Positions 61,548 through 64,000 of a stretch of 64,000 nt of DNA are shown here, one piece after another (positions within the stretch are counted from its first letter, which is position 1; each line of letters starts with the position of its first letter). Source of the stretch: Torpedo marmorata (lineage: Eukaryota); the NCBI GenBank assembly GCA_977017645.1, contig OZ360231.1, forward strand, positions 10,168,001 through 10,232,000, read 5' to 3'. The translations under genes were made by a program, and so were the position numbers. The notes below the pieces were generated by a model. It did not search any database and was not told where the DNA came from. It saw nothing but the letters and a program-made list of their open reading frames with translations.

Positions 61548-64000
61548 TTAATTCTAAAGCTAGAGGGGTAGCAATTTTAGTTAATAAAAAACTACCTTTT
61601 AAGATACAATCGGTAGTGACAGATGTGGCAGGAAGATATGTTTTGGTATATTGTCAGATTTATTCTGAATTTTGGACTCTTATGAATTTATATGTGTCAA
61701 ATCCAGATGATGAACAATTTATTCAAGATGCATTTTTACATTTATCAGATGCTAAGGAAAATATTTTAATTGGGGGAGATTTCAATTGTTGTTTAGATTC
61801 AATAATGAATAGGACCTCTAGATCGTCTGTTAGACCCAAAATAGTTAAAAGAATTATTAGTTTGATGAAAGATTTGAATTTAATAGATATCTGGAGAAAA
61901 TTGAATCCTAGAGAGAAAGATTATTCATTTTATTCCTTTAGACATGATTCATATTCTAGGATAGATTTATTTTTATTATCTTCACAAATTCAAGATAGAA
62001 TATCACAAGTATCTTATAAAGCGAGAATAATTTCAGATCATTCGCCTTTGTTAATGACTTGTATAATTCCAGAAAAAGAGAAAACTATATTTAATTGGAG
62101 ATTTGATCCTTCTTTATTGAAAAGGAAAGATTTTTGTGAATATATAAGAAGGGAAATTCAGGAATTTTTGAGGATAAATGGTCAATCGATTAATGATAAA
62201 TTTATAATTTGGGAAACTTTAAAAGCTTATTTAAGAGGTTTGATAATAAGCTATTCGGTAAAAATTAAGAAAGATTATTTGAAAGAAGCAGAAAAATTAG
62301 AGAAGGAGATTGAGCTTATGGAAAAAGATTTACAGAGAAATAAATCAATTCGTAAGAGAAATCTTTTAATAAGGAGGAAATTACATTATAATTTATTACA
62401 AACTTATAAAACGGAAAAATTAATTGAAAGAATGAAGCAAAGATACTATGAATTAGGGGGAAAAGCTCATAAGGTTTTAGCATGGCAGTTAAAAAAAGAG
62501 CAAATTTCTAAAACTATAAATGCTATAAAGAAAAGAAATACTGGTGAAATAACTTATAAACCCCAAGAAATAAATGAATCTTTTAAAGATTATTATCAGA
62601 ATTTATATAGATCTCAGGTTGACCATGATGATTTGAAGATTAATAGATTTCTATCTAAAATTACTTTACCTAAATTGAATATTCAGAATAAAAATTCTTT
62701 GGATTTACCTTTTACGATGAGAGAAGTTAGTGAGGTTCTTTCGACGTTGAAAAGTGGTAAATCCCCTGGTGATGATGGATTTCCAGTAGAATTTTATAAG
62801 GAATTTAAAGATTTATTAATACCTCCATATATGGAAGTATTGAATCAAATTACAGAAACCCATTTATTACCGAAAACATTTTTGAATGCTATTATCACAG
62901 TTATACCAAAGAAAGATAGAGATGTATTAAAAACTGAGTCATATAGACCTATTTCTTTGTTAAATGTAGACTATAAAATAATGGCAAAAATTTTGGCTAA
63001 TAGAATAGCTAAATATTTACCAAATTTGATACATCCTGATCAAGCTGGCTTTATTAAATATAGATATTCAAAAGATAATATAGCTAGATTAATAAGTTTA
63101 ATTAATTTATATAAAAAGAAACAAGATTTACCATTGGTTGTAACGTTAGATGCAGAAAAGGCTTTTGATAGATTAGAATGGAATTTTTTATTTAAGGTGT
63201 TAGAGAAATTTGGTTTTGGGAATACTTTTATAAATTGGATTAAAACTATATATAGAGAACCTACAGCTAAAGTAATTACAAATGGACAAATATCGCCAAA
63301 ATTTCCTTTAACGCGTTCTACGAGGCAGGGATGTCCCCTGTCATCAGCCCTATTTGTTTTGGCAATAGAACCCTTGGCTGAATTGATTAGAATAGACCCT
63401 AATATAGTAGGGATTAAAGTAGGTATGGAAGAACATAAGATTAGTTTGTTTGCAGATGATGTATTAATATATATGACGAAATCTATTGCATCACTTCAAC
63501 AACTAGCTATTATATTAACAGAATATGGTGAAATATCTGGTTATACAATTAATTCAGATAAAAGTGAGATAATGGCTTTATCTCAAGGTGATTATACTAG
63601 ATGTAGAGAGGTCACGGAATTTAAGTGGGCAAAAGAAGGAATTAAATATTTGGGAGTTAAAGTGGATACAAAATTAGAAAATTTGTATAAATTAAATTAT
63701 GTACCTTTATTTACGAAAATAAAGAAAGATTTGGAAAATTGGAAAGATTTGCCTATAACTTTAATGGGAAGAGTAAATTGTATTAAGATGAATATTTTTC
63801 CAAGAATTCAATATCTTTTTCAATCAATTCCTTTCGGAATTCCAAATTTTTTTTTCAAAGATTTAAAGTTTATTATTAGGAAATTATTATGGAAAGGGAA
63901 GTTAGCAAGAGTAAGTATGGATAAATTAACATGGAATTATGAGATGGGAGGATTGCAACTTCCTAATTTTCAATATTATTATAAAGCAGCTCAATTAAAA
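61548..64000 (+). mobile_element. Young AT-rich L1-clade LINE, 5'-truncated in the APE domain; ORF2 frame apparently open to the window end
   Basis: NSKARGVAILVNK, GGDFN, SRIDLF, SDHS, KSPGDDGF, LDAEKAFD, RQGCPLS, FADD, GRVNCIKMN; the ORF track lists no closed ORF here, consistent with a frame lacking a stop. Confidence 0.9.

Overview
Vertebrate intronic DNA, most likely a cartilaginous fish (inferred from HE1-like V-SINEs, CR1, Rex1/Babar, L1-clade and Penelope repeats). One host gene crosses the window on the minus strand: four phase-compatible GT-AG exons (42466-42620, 28656-28754, 25175-25311, 6041-6124) plus a candidate fifth (60288-60362) splice into an LRR protein matching LRRC63. Most of the rest is nested transposable elements: Rex1/Babar, L1-clade and CR1 LINEs, BEL/Pao and Gypsy elements with solo LTRs, pogo/Tc2, Tigger and Tc1 DNA transposons, V-SINEs and Penelope fragments. 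Best leads: (1) a SAP-like domain at the N-terminus of a BEL/Pao Gag; (2) three independent insertions of one L1 family whose TSDs all start with AAGC; (3) a ~850-bp non-autonomous retroelement in two copies, with a YY1-type GC-rich head and a Rex1-type tail; (4) a pogo-type MITE carrying a higher-order 27-bp minisatellite. No prokaryote-type system (CRISPR etc.) is present. Repeat boundaries were read by eye and are approximate unless a TSD or TIR is quoted. Family names come from recalled motifs, not database searches.
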